From Mantamonas sphyraenae STR306 (lineage: Eukaryota; Protista; CRuMs): 64,000 nt of DNA. The notes below the pieces were generated by a model. That model did not search any database. It worked only from the letters and a program-made list of their open reading frames with translations, and was not told where the DNA came from. This document shows, one piece after another, positions 37,093-49,853 of the stretch (its first letter is position 1; the number at the start of each line of letters is the position of its first letter). The position numbers were made by a program, and so were the translations under genes. The stretch covers positions 1 to 64,000 of the forward strand of contig JAPMXV010000035.1 of the NCBI GenBank assembly GCA_026936335.1. The letters are read 5' to 3'.

Positions 37093-38516
37093 ATGAGCGA
37101 CAAGGTAGGTTCAGCCGCTGGCGTTTTTCCCTCGTGCACAAACTCTGCAACCACGCAGTGACGGGTCGGTGCACAGGCAGGTCGGACGCACACACGAATA
37201 ACCAGGGCCCGGCAAAATCATGGCCGCGGTGTGGATTGTGTCACCGCAGCCTTTGGGTGTGCGTCGCTGTCAGCCGCCGACGTGGTTTGTTTGTTCAGCC
37301 GCCCCGAATTCTCCAGGTGAAACACTCACACCCCAACGCCTCTTCCTCAGGTCAAGCTGCTGTCCAGCGACGAGGTGGAGTTTGAAGTGAGCCGCGCCGT
37401 GGCCGAGATGTCGGGCACTTTGCAGCATATGCTTGCCGGTATGTTACGCCTCGCCTAAACACGGCGCATTTTTTCAGCCACGCTCCGTGCATCCCGACGC
37501 ACGGTGATCACTGCATGTGGCGCGTTTCCCTCACTTGCGAGTTGAGATCATCCTCTGCGTGATCAGCCTTTGTTTCTGCCCCTACGGCGCCGCGTAACTT
37601 TCCCATCATCAACTCACCTCCTCGAGCACCATTTCCTTCCGGCTGCTTCCTGTGCGTCCGCAATGGCCCGACTGCGTCCGAAATCCCGCTGCAGATGTGG
37701 AGGAGAGCGAGGAGGCCATCCCGCTGCCCAACGTCACTGGCGAGATCCTCAAGAAGGTAGGTGAAAAGGAGAGGGAAAGAAGAGGCCCGTCTCCCCGGAA
37801 ACGCGTTTCCCTCTTTCGAAACACGCAAATCGAGCGTGGCCCTCGCGCCACGTCACTCCGTGTGACAGCCACACATGCAATTGTGCGCTCTGTGCACAGG
37901 CCACGTAACCACACACGTATTTCCGTATGGCGAAACGCCGCGTACACAGGGCATGACCTCCATGTACAGCGTGCCTTTGGCCTAGACGCACTCCCCCGGT
38001 TTGCTTCCAACTCACACGAAAATTCAATCGGCCACCCCGTTTTGTCGCCCCTGTGACAGGTCATCCAATACTGCGAGTACCACATCGAGCACCCCACCAG
38101 CGACAGTGGCGATGCCCGCGACGAGAAGTCGCTCGAGTTTGAGCCTTGGGGTATGTGTCGCCTTGCACAACCACCGCTTTTTTTTTTCGCCCTTCCCTTT
38201 GCCCTCTCGCCCCCCGTTTTGTTTTTCCCTCTGCGCATGCTCACGCTCGCCCCGCGCCGTTTCCCGCCCTCGTTGCGCACCACAAACAGACGCCGAGTTT
38301 GTCAACGTGGAGCAGGGCACTCTGTTTGAGCTCATCCTTGCCTCCAACTTCCTGGACATCAAGCCGCTGCTCGACACGACCTGCAAGAAGGTTGCCAGCA
38401 TGATCAAGGGCAAGAGCCCCGAGGAGATCCGCAAGACCTTCAACATCAAGAACGACTTTACACCCGAGGAAGAGGAACAGGTTCGCAAGGAGAACGAGTG
38501 GTGTGAGGAGCGCTAA
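37093..38516 (+). CDS. SKP1: Skp1 (canonical SCF adaptor)
   Basis: [81 protein letters not shown]; 4 introns. Confidence 0.96.
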
Positions 38517-38616
38517 TTTGGCCGTCTCGTGCTGCAACAACAAAACGGGGGACTTTTTGATCATCACGCCAGCCATTCCTCACCCCACACATCCCACCTC
38601 CCAGCACCTGCTCGCC

Positions 38617-40469
38617 TCAAATCGACTGCTGCTGCAGAGCTTGGAGCACTCGCTCTATGCACTCACTGTAGCTCTCGCCAAGAAGGCCGTGGTTCAGCTG
38701 CACGCTCGTTTGAAGATCACTCGCGTACACAGTCTTGTTCTTCTTGCGTTCCACCAGCTCCTTCCGGCGTCGTGCTACTGCCTTTAACTGAGCCCCTCGC
38801 TCCAGACTGTGGTATGCCGGCATCTGCGTGTGCACTGCGCATGCAGGTGCCTCAAACAGATCCAACTGCGGGTGTTGCGCTTCCTCGTCCAGCTCCGGCC
38901 CTTCCTCTACACGCGGGAACATGGGAAACCGTCGCAGCATGGCCAAGTGTGCTGCTCGAGCCTGCTTCGATCGTGCTCGCTTCTCCTTCGCCGCTGCCGC
39001 CGCTGCCTTGCGTTCCCTTTCCTTTTTGTCCTTCTCGCCACCCTCGCCACTCTTGGATGCACTGTTCGCTTCTCCACTCGATTTGCCCTTCTCTGTATGT
39101 TCCCCTTTGCTCTTGTCCCCCTTTCCAGAGCCCTTTGCCCCGTCGCCTTCTACTTCCATCCCGTTCTCCGCCCCACCCTCTGCCACAACCTCCTCCTTCT
39201 TGCCCTTCTTCTCTGCATCCTTGCCTTGAGTCTCGTCTTCTTCCTCCTCCTTCTCGTCGTTGCCGTCTTCGTCTTGCTCCCCCTTGCTGTTGGACCCACG
39301 GCGCCGCCCGCCTCGCCGTCCCCCTCGCCCCGCACCGCTTGAAGCCTTCTTCTCGGTGTCCTCTTCGCCCTCCTCGTCATCGCCTGCATTGTCCTCGTCT
39401 GCGTCCTCTTCCTCGTCGTCGTCATCATCGTCCCCTTCGTCCTCGACATCCATTTCCCCTTTGCCTCCTTTCCCTTGGCCCTTGCTTTTGCCTCCGCTCC
39501 CGCTGCTGCTTCCTTCTCCGCTGCTACTGTTACCCGACAGTTTTTCCAGCCAGTGACGTGTCGGGTGGTGTTCCAGCGTCATGTTCTTGTGCAGGGTTTC
39601 CAGCAGCACTTCCTGCAGATGATGTCGCACCGCAAACAGCATGTACCTTGCCGCATCATCGCTCACTTCCTCCACCCCTTTGCTTGATGCCACTTGCTTC
39701 ATTCTTGCTTTCAGAGGCGCTGCATCCGGCACGTACCGCGGCCGAGAGTACAGGTCGATCGTCCGCCTCTGGAACAGCTGGTCGTTGTAGATCTGCTTCG
39801 TGCCCCAGTTCGGGTGTGTTTCTACAGACGCCCCATACATGTCCGACTGTGTGTGTGTGTGTCCGCCCCGTCCATCCATGTGTCAGCGTCCCAATGTGTC
39901 GCGTGTAGGTGGGGCGTCAAAATGCGCCCTGGCCTCCTTACCCTCTGTCGTTTGCGCACTCCATCGTCTGTACCAGCACCACACAGCCCGGTGCAACGTG
40001 TATATGTGTGCATGTGTGTGTGCAAAACACCTCTGTGTGTCAGTATGCTGTCGTGCACGCACTCACATCTTGCCACCCAGCGCACTCTTCGCGACCCGGC
40101 GCGCGAAAATCGTCCTTGCCTCGCTCCCCGTAGCTGCGTGTCCTTACCTCGCGGCAGCGGGCGTTTCTTGTCACGGCCGTTTGTCACGTGTTCGTCCAGT
40201 GCGCTGCGCAGCTTCACGCTGGCCACATTCACGGGCTCGGAGGCAGAGTGTGCGTTTGCCAGCAGGCCTTTCATCAAGTAGTTGTGCAGCCGGCTCTCCT
40301 CGCCCAGCAGCTGCAGCACAATCGTGTCCAGCTCGGGCTTGGACAGCTGTGCGCTCACATACAACCGCACTGCCGTCCAGTACGTCTCAAACTTTTCCTG
40401 GCCCAGTTCGTTCAGCAGCCGCTGCTTGACGGGCAGCAGAGCCACGCGCTTCGGTCGCTGTCTGCCCAT
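38617..40469 (-). CDS. TADA1: SAGA complex subunit Tada1/Ada1-like
   Basis: KQRLLNELG...YW...LSKPELD...LHNYLMKGLLANA N-terminal motif; histone-fold-like LKARMKQVA...VSDDAARYMLFAVRHHLQEVL; one intron. Confidence 0.75.
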
Positions 40470-40633
40470 TTTGATTTGTTTGTTCCCACTGGCGCACCCG
40501 CAACACACACATCGTATGCAAGAGCCCTCCATTTGCTCGCGCTGCCTGTTGGGGTGTCTCTTGCCTGTGTGCCTGCAGCATGTCAACTGCTCCGTCGCAG
40601 GCACTCGAAAAAACCACACAAGGCCCCGTGACC

Positions 40634-43600
40634 ATGGCAAACGCACTTGCCAACTTGGCCCACCTCGTGGACGCTTCATCCTCGTCTTCATCTTCGTCCT
40701 CGGGCTCGGATGGCTCACGAACAAACGCCACGGGACAGTTCTTCAACGTCGACCTCGAGACCGCCATGGAAAACTCTCTCGCCTTCAACCCCAAGGCATA
40801 CCTGCCCCTGCCCCTGCAGGACACCATGCTGTACATCGAAGCCAACGGTAGGTCCTTCCTTTCACAACCACCCTTTGCAGCAGCCTCGGTCGTACGCATG
40901 AACGGCCCCGCCCTTTTCCCCCCGTCGTTTGTGAAGCAACGCCACAATTTTCCTTCTTCGCCCGCTCTGACACCAACCACCGTTCCCGTGCCCTGCTTCC
41001 TGCACGCTGCCTCTGCACACCTGCGCCTGCCGCCTGTGTCATGACCCGCCACGCACCCACATATCGCCTCCGTGCCGCGCCCCATCGTCCCTTCCCCTCT
41101 CTGCTCCGCAGCCATGTCCACCAACCGACTCTTCACCAAGCCTCCCAAGTCCTCGCGGATCAAGAAACTCGTCGACCAGTACGAGGCCCCCGGCATGAAT
41201 CCCGACATCATGGGCACCAAGTCGCCTCATGTTGTCGCCGCCCTTATGCTCAACTTCCTCCGCGGTCTGCCCGAGCCTCTGTTCCCGCCCAAGGCGGCCA
41301 AACGCATGCTCAAAAAACTCGAGCGTGAGTTTTCCCCTCCGCCCTCACCTTCTCTCCGTCCTTTTCGCCCCGCTGTCCCGTCTCCACCCCATTCCACACA
41401 CGCTGCATCCATCCCAACCTCGCTACTTTGTGCCCCTTCCTCTCCGTGACCCTCTTCACGCCCCTGCTTCCTCTCCTCCCTGCTCTGCGCTGTCGCTCCT
41501 GCCTCGCGGGCTCCGTGAAATGCTCCCGCTCGACGCAACGCGCTCGTTCCAGCCGCGATCGCGCTCCTCCTGCACACTTCCCACTCACACCATGCCTGCC
41601 ACACGCTGCGATGTACACCCCTGCAGAGGAAGACGACAACCGTGTGCGTGCACTGGCCTTCAACGACATCCTGGCACGCAAGGTGCCGGAGCTCAACGCC
41701 ATCGTCATCGAGTCCCTCCTCTACTTCCTCCACAAGATCCTCCTGCGCCAGGGCGAGAACGGCATGGATCTGGAAACCCTTTCCAACCTGTTTGCAGACA
41801 TCTTTGTGCGCACCAAGGACAACAGTGACGAGGCCAAGGAAAACCGACGCACGTGCTTTCGCATCCTCCTCACCCTTCACAAGGTCGTCCTCATGGACCC
41901 CGAGCAACGTGCTGCCATGAGCATCCAGAACGCCTGGCGCACCAGTGTCGCCAAGCGCCAGCTGAAGATGGAACGCGGCGCAGCAGCACGCATCAGCGCA
42001 GTCGCCTGGCTCAAGGTCCGCTTCATGGTCAAGATCCACAACATGCGCCAGGAACGCATCCGCATCAAGCATGAACGCGTGGCCCAGGAGAAGGCCGCCA
42101 TCATCCTCCAGCGCAACATCAAGGGCTACGTCGTCCGCAAGTACTACCAAAGCAGCCTCAAGACAAAGCGTCTCGCTCCCGTCCGCGAGCAGACCATCAA
42201 GGCCCAGGCCCTTGCACGCGGCTTCCTCACACGCCTCCGCTACAAGCGCGGCGAGTTTGGCAAGGAACACAAGGAAGCGGTTCAGGCCGCAACACGCATC
42301 CAGGCCCTCTACCGCGGCAACAAGGGCCGCAAGCTTGCCGAGAAGGTAGAGTACGACCGCGCATGCCAGGTCATTGCCACGCGCGTGCCGGCCATGATTG
42401 AGGGCCGCCGCGCACGCCAGCGTGTCGCAGAGTTGCGCGAGAAGCAGGAGCTCGTACGCAAGGTCACCGTCATCCAGGCTCACGCACGCGGCAAGATGGC
42501 CAAGAAGCGAGCAAACCTGATCCGCAAGAGCAACCAGAAGCGTGAGGAGCGCAACGCTGCACTCAGCATCCAGCGCCGCTTCCGCAAACACCGCGCCACA
42601 AAGTCCCAGGAGGAAGCATCTGTCATGGCCAAGCTGCAGAAGAAGGCAGGCAAGGACAACTTGGTCATTGTGTGTGACAACTGCGAGGAGGATCTGGCCA
42701 CACACCACGACCTCGACACGCACAAGAATTACTGCGCCGTATGCAACGCAATCCTCCATCTGGCCCCGGCCATGAAGGCCAACAAGCGCTTCCGCATCGC
42801 CGATCGCATTCGCCACACCACCATCTCACCTGCTGCAGGCAGTTCGTCCACCGAGCCCTTCACCGCTACCGTCCTCGACTTTGCTAGCCTCGGTCTCACC
42901 CTCATGCCCAAGGGCGTGGGCACGTTTGCCATTCTCCACGAAATCGACCTCAGCAACAACCAGCTCGAGTTCTTGGATGCAGACATTGGCCAGCTCACGG
43001 GCCTGCGCAAGCTGGTGCTCAGCAACAACGAGCTCGCTCGCCTGCCCTCCACCATCGGCAACATGACCTCCCTCCAGGAGTTGGACGTCAACAACAACGC
43101 CATCAGCAGTTTGCCCGAGTCCATCGGCGGCGCCGCACGCCTGCGCGTCCTCGATCTTTCCTCCAACGAGCTCTCGACACTGCCCGAATCCATCGGCGAG
43201 CTGCGCGCCCTTCGCGAGCTCTACGTCCAGGACAACGAACTTACAGAGCTGCCGGGCACCATGCGTCAGCTCCGCAGCCTCGTACATCTCGACGCCTCCT
43301 TCAACGAGCTCTCCGAGCTCTCGCTGGGTGTATGTCGCCTCAAGGCGCTCCAGGTGCTGCTGCTCAACAACAACCGTTTGACATCTGTGGGTGGAAAGAA
43401 CGTGCGCTTCCTCTCCTCCCTGCGTGTCCTCAATGTCAATTTCAATTCCCTTGTGGCTCTGCCCGACGAACTGGAGGAGTGCAAGGCTCTGGAGGAACTG
43501 CACGCCTGCACAAACAACCTGGAAACCCTGCCTGCTGGACTCGCCGAGCTGCCTGCCCTGCTCAAGCTCGAGCTGGACGACAACGACATCGCCAGCGTGC

Positions 43601-44532
43601 CCAACCAGCTTCGCAAACTGGCCAACCAGCTCATCTCTTTCGGCTTTGCCAACAACAAGATCGTGCTGCCCTCGTCGCACAACCACTCGCCCGTGGGTAC
43701 CAAGCTCCAGTACGTGCTGGCGCGCAACCCCAAGCCCCAAGAGGACCTGGAGGCGGAGAAGAAGAAGCAGGAGGCCGAAGAGCAGAGGAAGCAGCAAGAA
43801 CGCGAACAAGAGGAACGCGAGCAGCAGAAGAAGCTGCAAGAGGCCCAAGCTGCCAAGGAGAAGGGAGAAGACGGTGAACGACGTGGCAGCAACATCGCAG
43901 AGACTCTCTTTGGCTGGTTCTCCGGAGACGACGACAAGCAGAGCCAAGCTGCAGCCGAGGCCACCACCACCACCACCAGCACAAGCACAAGCAGTGAGGG
44001 AAGCAACACTCCCACCTCGCAGCAGGTGAGCGACAAGCAGGCTGTGATTGGCGGGGCGGAGCCCATTGACGAAGAGGATGAGGAAGAGGAAGAGGACGAC
44101 GAAGCGGACGAGCAGACGCTCGCCGCAGCGAAGCAGCAGCAGGAGGACGACAAGAACGTCAACGGCTTCTTTGGCCAGTTTGTCGGAGGTGAGGGTGAGT
44201 CAAACGAGAAGCAGGTCAGCCAGGAGGATGTGGAGGAGGAGGTGCCTGTTGCCATGACCCCACAGCAGCTGGTCCCGCCTGTGATCACCACCACGCAGCC
44301 TGTGGAAGAGCCCGTGCAGAGCAGCAACAGCAACAGCAACAGCGCAGGCAACAGCACCACCCCTCGTGGTCGCAATGCACGCCCGGTTCGACGCGCACCC
44401 AACCAGCGCCCAGTGCGCATGGCACCCAATGCAGGTCCCGCTGCTCAAGCACCCGGTGCAGCTGGGGCTGGACGCGGACGTGTGGCTGTGCGTCCAGGCC
44501 AGCGCATTGCCGCTCGACCCGTGCGCCGATGA
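40634..44532 (+). CDS. RhoGAP-like domain + multiple IQ motifs + B-box-like zinc finger + LRR protein
   Basis: PHVVAALMLNFLRGLPEPLFP, ENGMDLETLSNLF; IQxxxRG repeats; CDNCEE...YCAVCNAILH; about 11 LRRs (LDLSSNELSTLPESIG); two introns. Confidence 0.88.
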
Positions 44533-44588
44533 ACAGAAGAATTGGAACATGGAAAAAATCAAGCTTTTGATTGACTGTCTTTGCCTCG

Positions 44589-45962
44589 TCATGGCTGCCC
44601 GTCCAGCCGCTTGCCACCCAGAATCGCCTCCATCACACTCTGTTGGTCGTCCAGATCGTCCATGGCCACAATCGCTTCGCCGTCCTCGTCCAGGTCGGAG
44701 AACAACACCACGCGTACGGGCAACTCCATGGGGTACAGCGACAGCGCGTGTGCCCATCCGCCATCCTTGGCAGACAGCGACGCCTGAGCGTTGTTGTCCT
44801 CTTCCTCCTCGTTGTTCTTGCTCGCTTCGGCACCAAGTACGACAGTGCCGTGCTCCACATGCCATACATCCTCCTCCCGCACAGATTCGGGTACAAACAG
44901 ACTGCGCTCGCGTCGTTTGCGTTTCTTCTCGTCGTAGTCCAGGTACGATACCCGAGCAATCTCATAGTCGGGCACATCCAGCTCGATGGCAAGGCGGCGA
45001 AACAACTCGGCTGTGCCCGCGTTCTTGGGCACGTTGTACAGACGACGCACGGCACTGCCACAGCGAATGCGACACGCAAAGTGTTCGCTGCGCTCCACTC
45101 TTTGCTCTGCCACCTGTGCGTTGCTTGACAACAGCTGCGACGCAACCGAGTCGCGCTTCACTGGCGACACGCTGATCCGTTCCCACCCGCCCAGCAGCCT
45201 GCTTGGCACGCCCGACTCTGCATACTTGCCTGCCGTGAACAAAATGGTGTCGTCGTGGAGAAGCACCTCCTCTGGCATTGCACTCGCCGGGAGTTCGCGG
45301 TGTGGGGCGTCTGGCAGCGTGAAGAAGCCGTGTTCGGCCGTCACCGAGGTCCAGCCAAACGTGTTGCAGAAGTGGGTGCGCACATGGGACAGAGGATACC
45401 CGTTGGCTCGGTACGTACGGTACGTGCGTCCGTGGAGGGTGCATTCGACGTGGAAGCGCAGTAGCAGCGGGCCCTCCCTCTTGCTCTCTTCCCCCGTCTC
45501 GCTTGTCTCCAGCTCACGCATGGAGCTGTTCAGCAGGCTCGCGTGCACCTTTGTATGCAATCTGTGCTGCACCACCACGTCCTTCACTGCCTGCAGGTGT
45601 GCCTGGCGCCACTCGGACGACGACGACGACGACAAAGACAAAGACAAAGACGAAGACGACGCTGTGGATTGCGCCAACGCCAGCAGGCTCTCCTCCTGCT
45701 CAGCACGCACCTTTTCCATCCTCTGTGCAAACCCTGTCGAATAGATGACGCTGTCATTGAGTGATGAAATGGGAGACGCAGCATCGTCGTCGTCGTCGTC
45801 GTCGTCGTGCCCCTCGGTGGTGACCAGATCAGCGAGATCCAAACCACGCCCTGCCCCGTGGTGAAAGTCCTCCTGCTCCTGCAACGACACACGCTCGAGC
45901 AAGTGAAGCAATGTGGCTCTGCTGATGGACACAGAGTCGTCCAACGACGTGGGACCATCCAT
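44589..45962 (-). CDS. Hypothetical protein with ubiquitin-like and PB1-like segments
   Basis: Long ORF; SYLDYD and FSDLDEDGEAIVAMDDLD resemble the PB1 OPCA motif. Confidence 0.55.
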   Translation of the reverse strand: MDGPTSLDDSVSISRATLLHLLERVSLQEQEDFHHGAGRGLDLADLVTTEGHDDDDDDDDAASPISSLNDSVIYSTGFAQRMEKVRAEQEESLLALAQSTASSSSLSLSLSSSSSSEWRQAHLQAVKDVVVQHRLHTKVHASLLNSSMRELETSETGEESKREGPLLLRFHVECTLHGRTYRTYRANGYPLSHVRTHFCNTFGWTSVTAEHGFFTLPDAPHRELPASAMPEEVLLHDDTILFTAGKYAESGVPSRLLGGWERISVSPVKRDSVASQLLSSNAQVAEQRVERSEHFACRIRCGSAVRRLYNVPKNAGTAELFRRLAIELDVPDYEIARVSYLDYDEKKRKRRERSLFVPESVREEDVWHVEHGTVVLGAEASKNNEEEEDNNAQASLSAKDGGWAHALSLYPMELPVRVVLFSDLDEDGEAIVAMDDLDDQQSVMEAILGGKRLDGQP

Positions 45963-46027
45963 TTGGAACCGGAATTGTTTGTGCTGCGCTGACGCCGTCA
46001 GCGAAAAATCCTTTCCAGCAGCAGCAC

Positions 46028-47714
46028 ATGTCGTCCCAGTTTGGCCAGGACGTGTTTGCTGCCAACAAGGAGCAAGGCAAGGGTGCGGAGGATGCATTGT
46101 TGCAGGACATGCTGGAGGAGTCCCAGGACGGCCAGCAGGCGTCCGAGGAGAACGTGGACAACCTCGACCTTGTCGGCGTGCCGGACGGCAGCAAAAAGTC
46201 GGACGGCGCAACCAAGGGCCAGGGCAACGCAGACGAAGCACAAGGCAAGGGCACAGGTGCCAATGGCGACGATGACGACGACGATGACGACGACGATGAC
46301 GAAAGCGACAGCGACAGCGCGACGACGACGACGACGACATTGACATTGTGATGATGGGCGGCGCGGTCGGCGCTGCCGGAGGCGCTGCTGGCGCTGCTGG
46401 CGGCGCTGGTGCGGCAGGGGCGGGCGCAGGCGCGGGTACCAGCAAGTACATTCGACAGGCATTGAACATCAACCTGAAGACAGGTGCAGCCACAGGAGGC
46501 GCGACAAGTACAGGCGCGACGGCTGCGGCCTCTGCTGCGGCGGCAGCTGCCGCCCAGCAGGAGGAGGCCAAGTATCACGATCCCAGTGGTGAGTGCACAC
46601 CGGGCTACATACACTCCTGGCCATTCAGTTGGCCTTGGTTCCATGGCCATGGGAGCCACAGAACGGATGTGGTGCCACCCCGCAGGGTGCGCATGTTCCG
46701 TCGCCGCCCTCTCCCGCTTTCCACTGACACTCACGGCCGCCCGCTCTCCCGGTCCTTCCCCCGGCCCCAACCCACCCCACCCTCCACACGCACCTCACCA
46801 CAGCTCAAATTGTAGGCGTGCGCCGCGAAAACGCGCCCTCCATCACCGAGCTGGACATCGACAGCCTGGCTGAGAAGCCGTGGCGTGTTCCTGGCGCCGA
46901 TCTCAGCGACTACTTCAACTACGGCTTCAACGAGGCCAGCTTCCGCAACTATGTGAATAAGCAGGAAGCGTCGCGTGCAGGGCGCACTGGCCTGCGCAGC
47001 AATGTCAAAGTGTACGACTCGCGTGGAGACATGATGCGGCCCCCTCCCATGGTCAACCCGCAGCAGCCGGGGCGAGGTCCCATGGCTCCCGCTGCCTCCT
47101 TTGCCCAGATCTACGGCAACCGTGGCGGAGGTCCACCGCCCATGGGAGGCCCTCCTGGCCCAGGACAAGGTGGAGGGGGACTCATGGGACGTGTGCCCCC
47201 GCAGATGCAAGGTGCTGGCGGTGGACGTCCAGGCCCGCCTCCAGGCCAGGGGGGATATCCCATGCAGCAAGGAGGACCACCGCTCCATCAACAGCAACAG
47301 CAACCGGGTCAGCAGACACAGTCATCTCAGGCGCAGTCACAGCCATCCATGGGTGCGGGAGGATCAGCCATCCGTCTGACGGGCAACAACACAACATCCA
47401 CCAGTAGCAGCAGCAGCAGCAGCAGCACTGGGAGTGGAGGTGGAAGTGGAAGTGGCGAGGCTCCTCGAGACTCGTCACGTGATCGCTCCCATCGTGATCG
47501 CGACCGTGGAGGCTACGACCGCCACGAACGAGACCGCAGCTATGACCGACACGACCGCGACCGAGAACGACATGAACGCGACCGCGACCGCGACCGCGGA
47601 GGCTACGACCGCCACGAACGCCATCGGGGACGGCGGGAAGAACGTGGCCACGACTCACGCAAACGAGACCGAAGTCCCGAGTACCGGGACAGCCACAAGC
47701 GCAGCAGGCGTTGA
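46028..47714 (+). CDS. FIP1: Pre-mRNA 3'-end processing factor Fip1
   Basis: ELDIDSLAEKPWRVPGADLSDYFNYGFNE Fip1 motif, acidic N-terminus, RD/RE-rich tail; apparent frameshift ~46319, intron ~46589-46815. Confidence 0.92.
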
Positions 47715-47796
47715 TTCCGTGTTGGAGCAGCAGGGGTGATGAAGAAGTGAAGAAAATTCCCATTGTCCATTCAGTGACTTGTCACTCCTCTCATCA

Positions 47797-49077
47797 TCAC
47801 TCATCCCGCACCACTAGCCGTGCAAGTTGTTCGTAGACAATAAAGGTGATGATGGTTTGAGGACCCAGGCGTGTGAACGAGGCCAGGCAGCCCTTGTAGA
47901 AACCCAACGGCCCCTCTGCCTGCATTGTCTGCTTCATGCAGCTCAGCATGCCCGTGTACTGCTTGTTGTGCTTGGGCTGGTTCATAATGCGCGTCTTGGT
48001 CACGTCCACAGGGTTGGTCACCAGCGTTGCAATCAACCCCGCGCCCAGACTCGCTGCAAAATGCGTTGTCAAGTTGTCCTCGAACCACTCGGTGCCCAAC
48101 AGGTACGTCTTGATGATATCATAGCTCGACAGCTGGCCAGCCGTCACCAGCATGGCACGCACCACCGTGGGCGTCGCTCCCTTCCACAGCGCAGTCACGC
48201 CTTCCTCCTTCACCACAGACGACAGTCCATGAAACACATGCCTGTACCGCCGCTGCTCCACGGGCATCCTTGAGTCTGCTTGCATGCGTACCATCACCAG
48301 ATCGGCAGGCACACCCACCACAGAACCCACACTGCCAGCTGCCATCCCTGCCACAATCTTCCACACCAGATTCAGCTGCGCCTCGGGATCCCCGGTCGTC
48401 CCCCGCGCAATCATCTCCTTGATCGGGCCGTACGCTCCGATTCGCGTTGCTGAATACGTTGCTTGGCGCATCAGCGACGCAGAGAGCCCCTGAAGCGCCC
48501 CGAGTAAAAAAGGTCAGTCGCCCATGTCCAGGCTCCTACACTTCTCCAACCACACACACACCCTCCCCACACCCCTCTTTCTCTTGTCGTGCTCCTTTTG
48601 TGCTATCGACACATCTTTCTCTCCCTCTCCATGCCCTCCCAGTGCACGAGGGCAACCTTGCGCTCCGCGGACGACGTCCACTTGCGCCCCGTTCCCGTCC
48701 ACTCACTTCCCACCCGCCTCTCCTACCTTGTACAGCCCCAGCGGCCCGTTCTGGTGCACGATTTCCTTTGCAATGGCCACGGGGCCCAGTTTCCCGGCAG
48801 CGGCAACCTCACCAAGCTCGCCCTGCAGCTGGAGCCGCACCTTGACAAGATCGATTGGGTGCGTGCAAACTGCTGCCGACATTGAACTCAGTCCTCCCAC
48901 CACAAACTGCACAGTTGGCGACACATTGGCTTTTCCAAACGACTGCACCCGTGCATTCACACGTCGTCCCGATGCAACACGCGTCATCACACAAGGTCCA
49001 TGTCAGCACCAGCCAAGCTAGCACCCGGTGCGGCTTTCCCGTGCCTTTCAAACAGGACACACACACACGGACATCAT
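47797..49077 (-). CDS. Mitochondrial carrier (dicarboxylate/2-oxoglutarate-malate type, SLC25)
   Basis: HPIDLVKVRLQ, RQATYSATRIG, PADLVMVRMQAD, PVDVTKTRIMN; two introns. Confidence 0.92.
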
Positions 49078-49210
49078 TCGCCCCTGCCCTCTCTCCCACT
49101 CAGTACAACCGCAAGACCTTGCACACACACACACCACACACGCACGCACCATTGCTTTGCACTGCTGTGGCCGGGGCGGCGCGGCTTCTGCTTTTCGCAA
49201 CTTTCCCAAT

Positions 49211-49781
49211 TCATTCCTCGGCTCCCTTGACCTTCACCGCCTTCACAACCTGCGGGTTGTTCATCAAAAAGTCACACTCGGCATAGGCGTAGCCAATACC
49301 AAAGGCCACCGGCGCCATCAGACCTGCGGCGCGCACTCCGGGGCCGCTTGCTGCGGATTTCAACGTTTCCCGAACGTCCCACGCGTCCACACGCCATCCC
49401 GGCACGCACAAACACACACAAACACACACACACACACCCGTGTCAGCAACTTGCAGCGTTTCTTGGAGCCTGTTCGGCGCCCGCGATGCCGCCCTCGTCG
49501 TCTTTCGACTCGTGCCTGGGGAGTCATGCGTATTTCCCTCCTGACACTCTCTCGCCTCCGGCAGTCCACACACGCACGCCCCGTCGCAGAAACACGCAGC
49601 AGTGCCTTGACACACCCACACGCCACTCACCGCCAGTCACCACCAGAGTCAGGGCACCCGCCAGCACACCCTGACCAAACTTGGTGATCATGTTTTCCAC
49701 ACACGTGTCATACTGGTCCCCCACCGTGTTCTCCCGCTTCTTATCGGGCACGCTGATGTATGTCGCTTCGTTGCTGGACAT
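49211..49781 (-). CDS. MIC10: MICOS subunit Mic10
   Basis: GDQYDTCVENMITKFGQGVLAG and AFGIGYAYAECD match the Mic10 pattern; spliced. Confidence 0.8.
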
Positions 49782-49853
49782 CTTCACCTCGATGCTGTGT
49801 TCTGCTGCACGTCACTGCGCAAGAAACCCAACTTCATTTCGTCCCCACACCCC

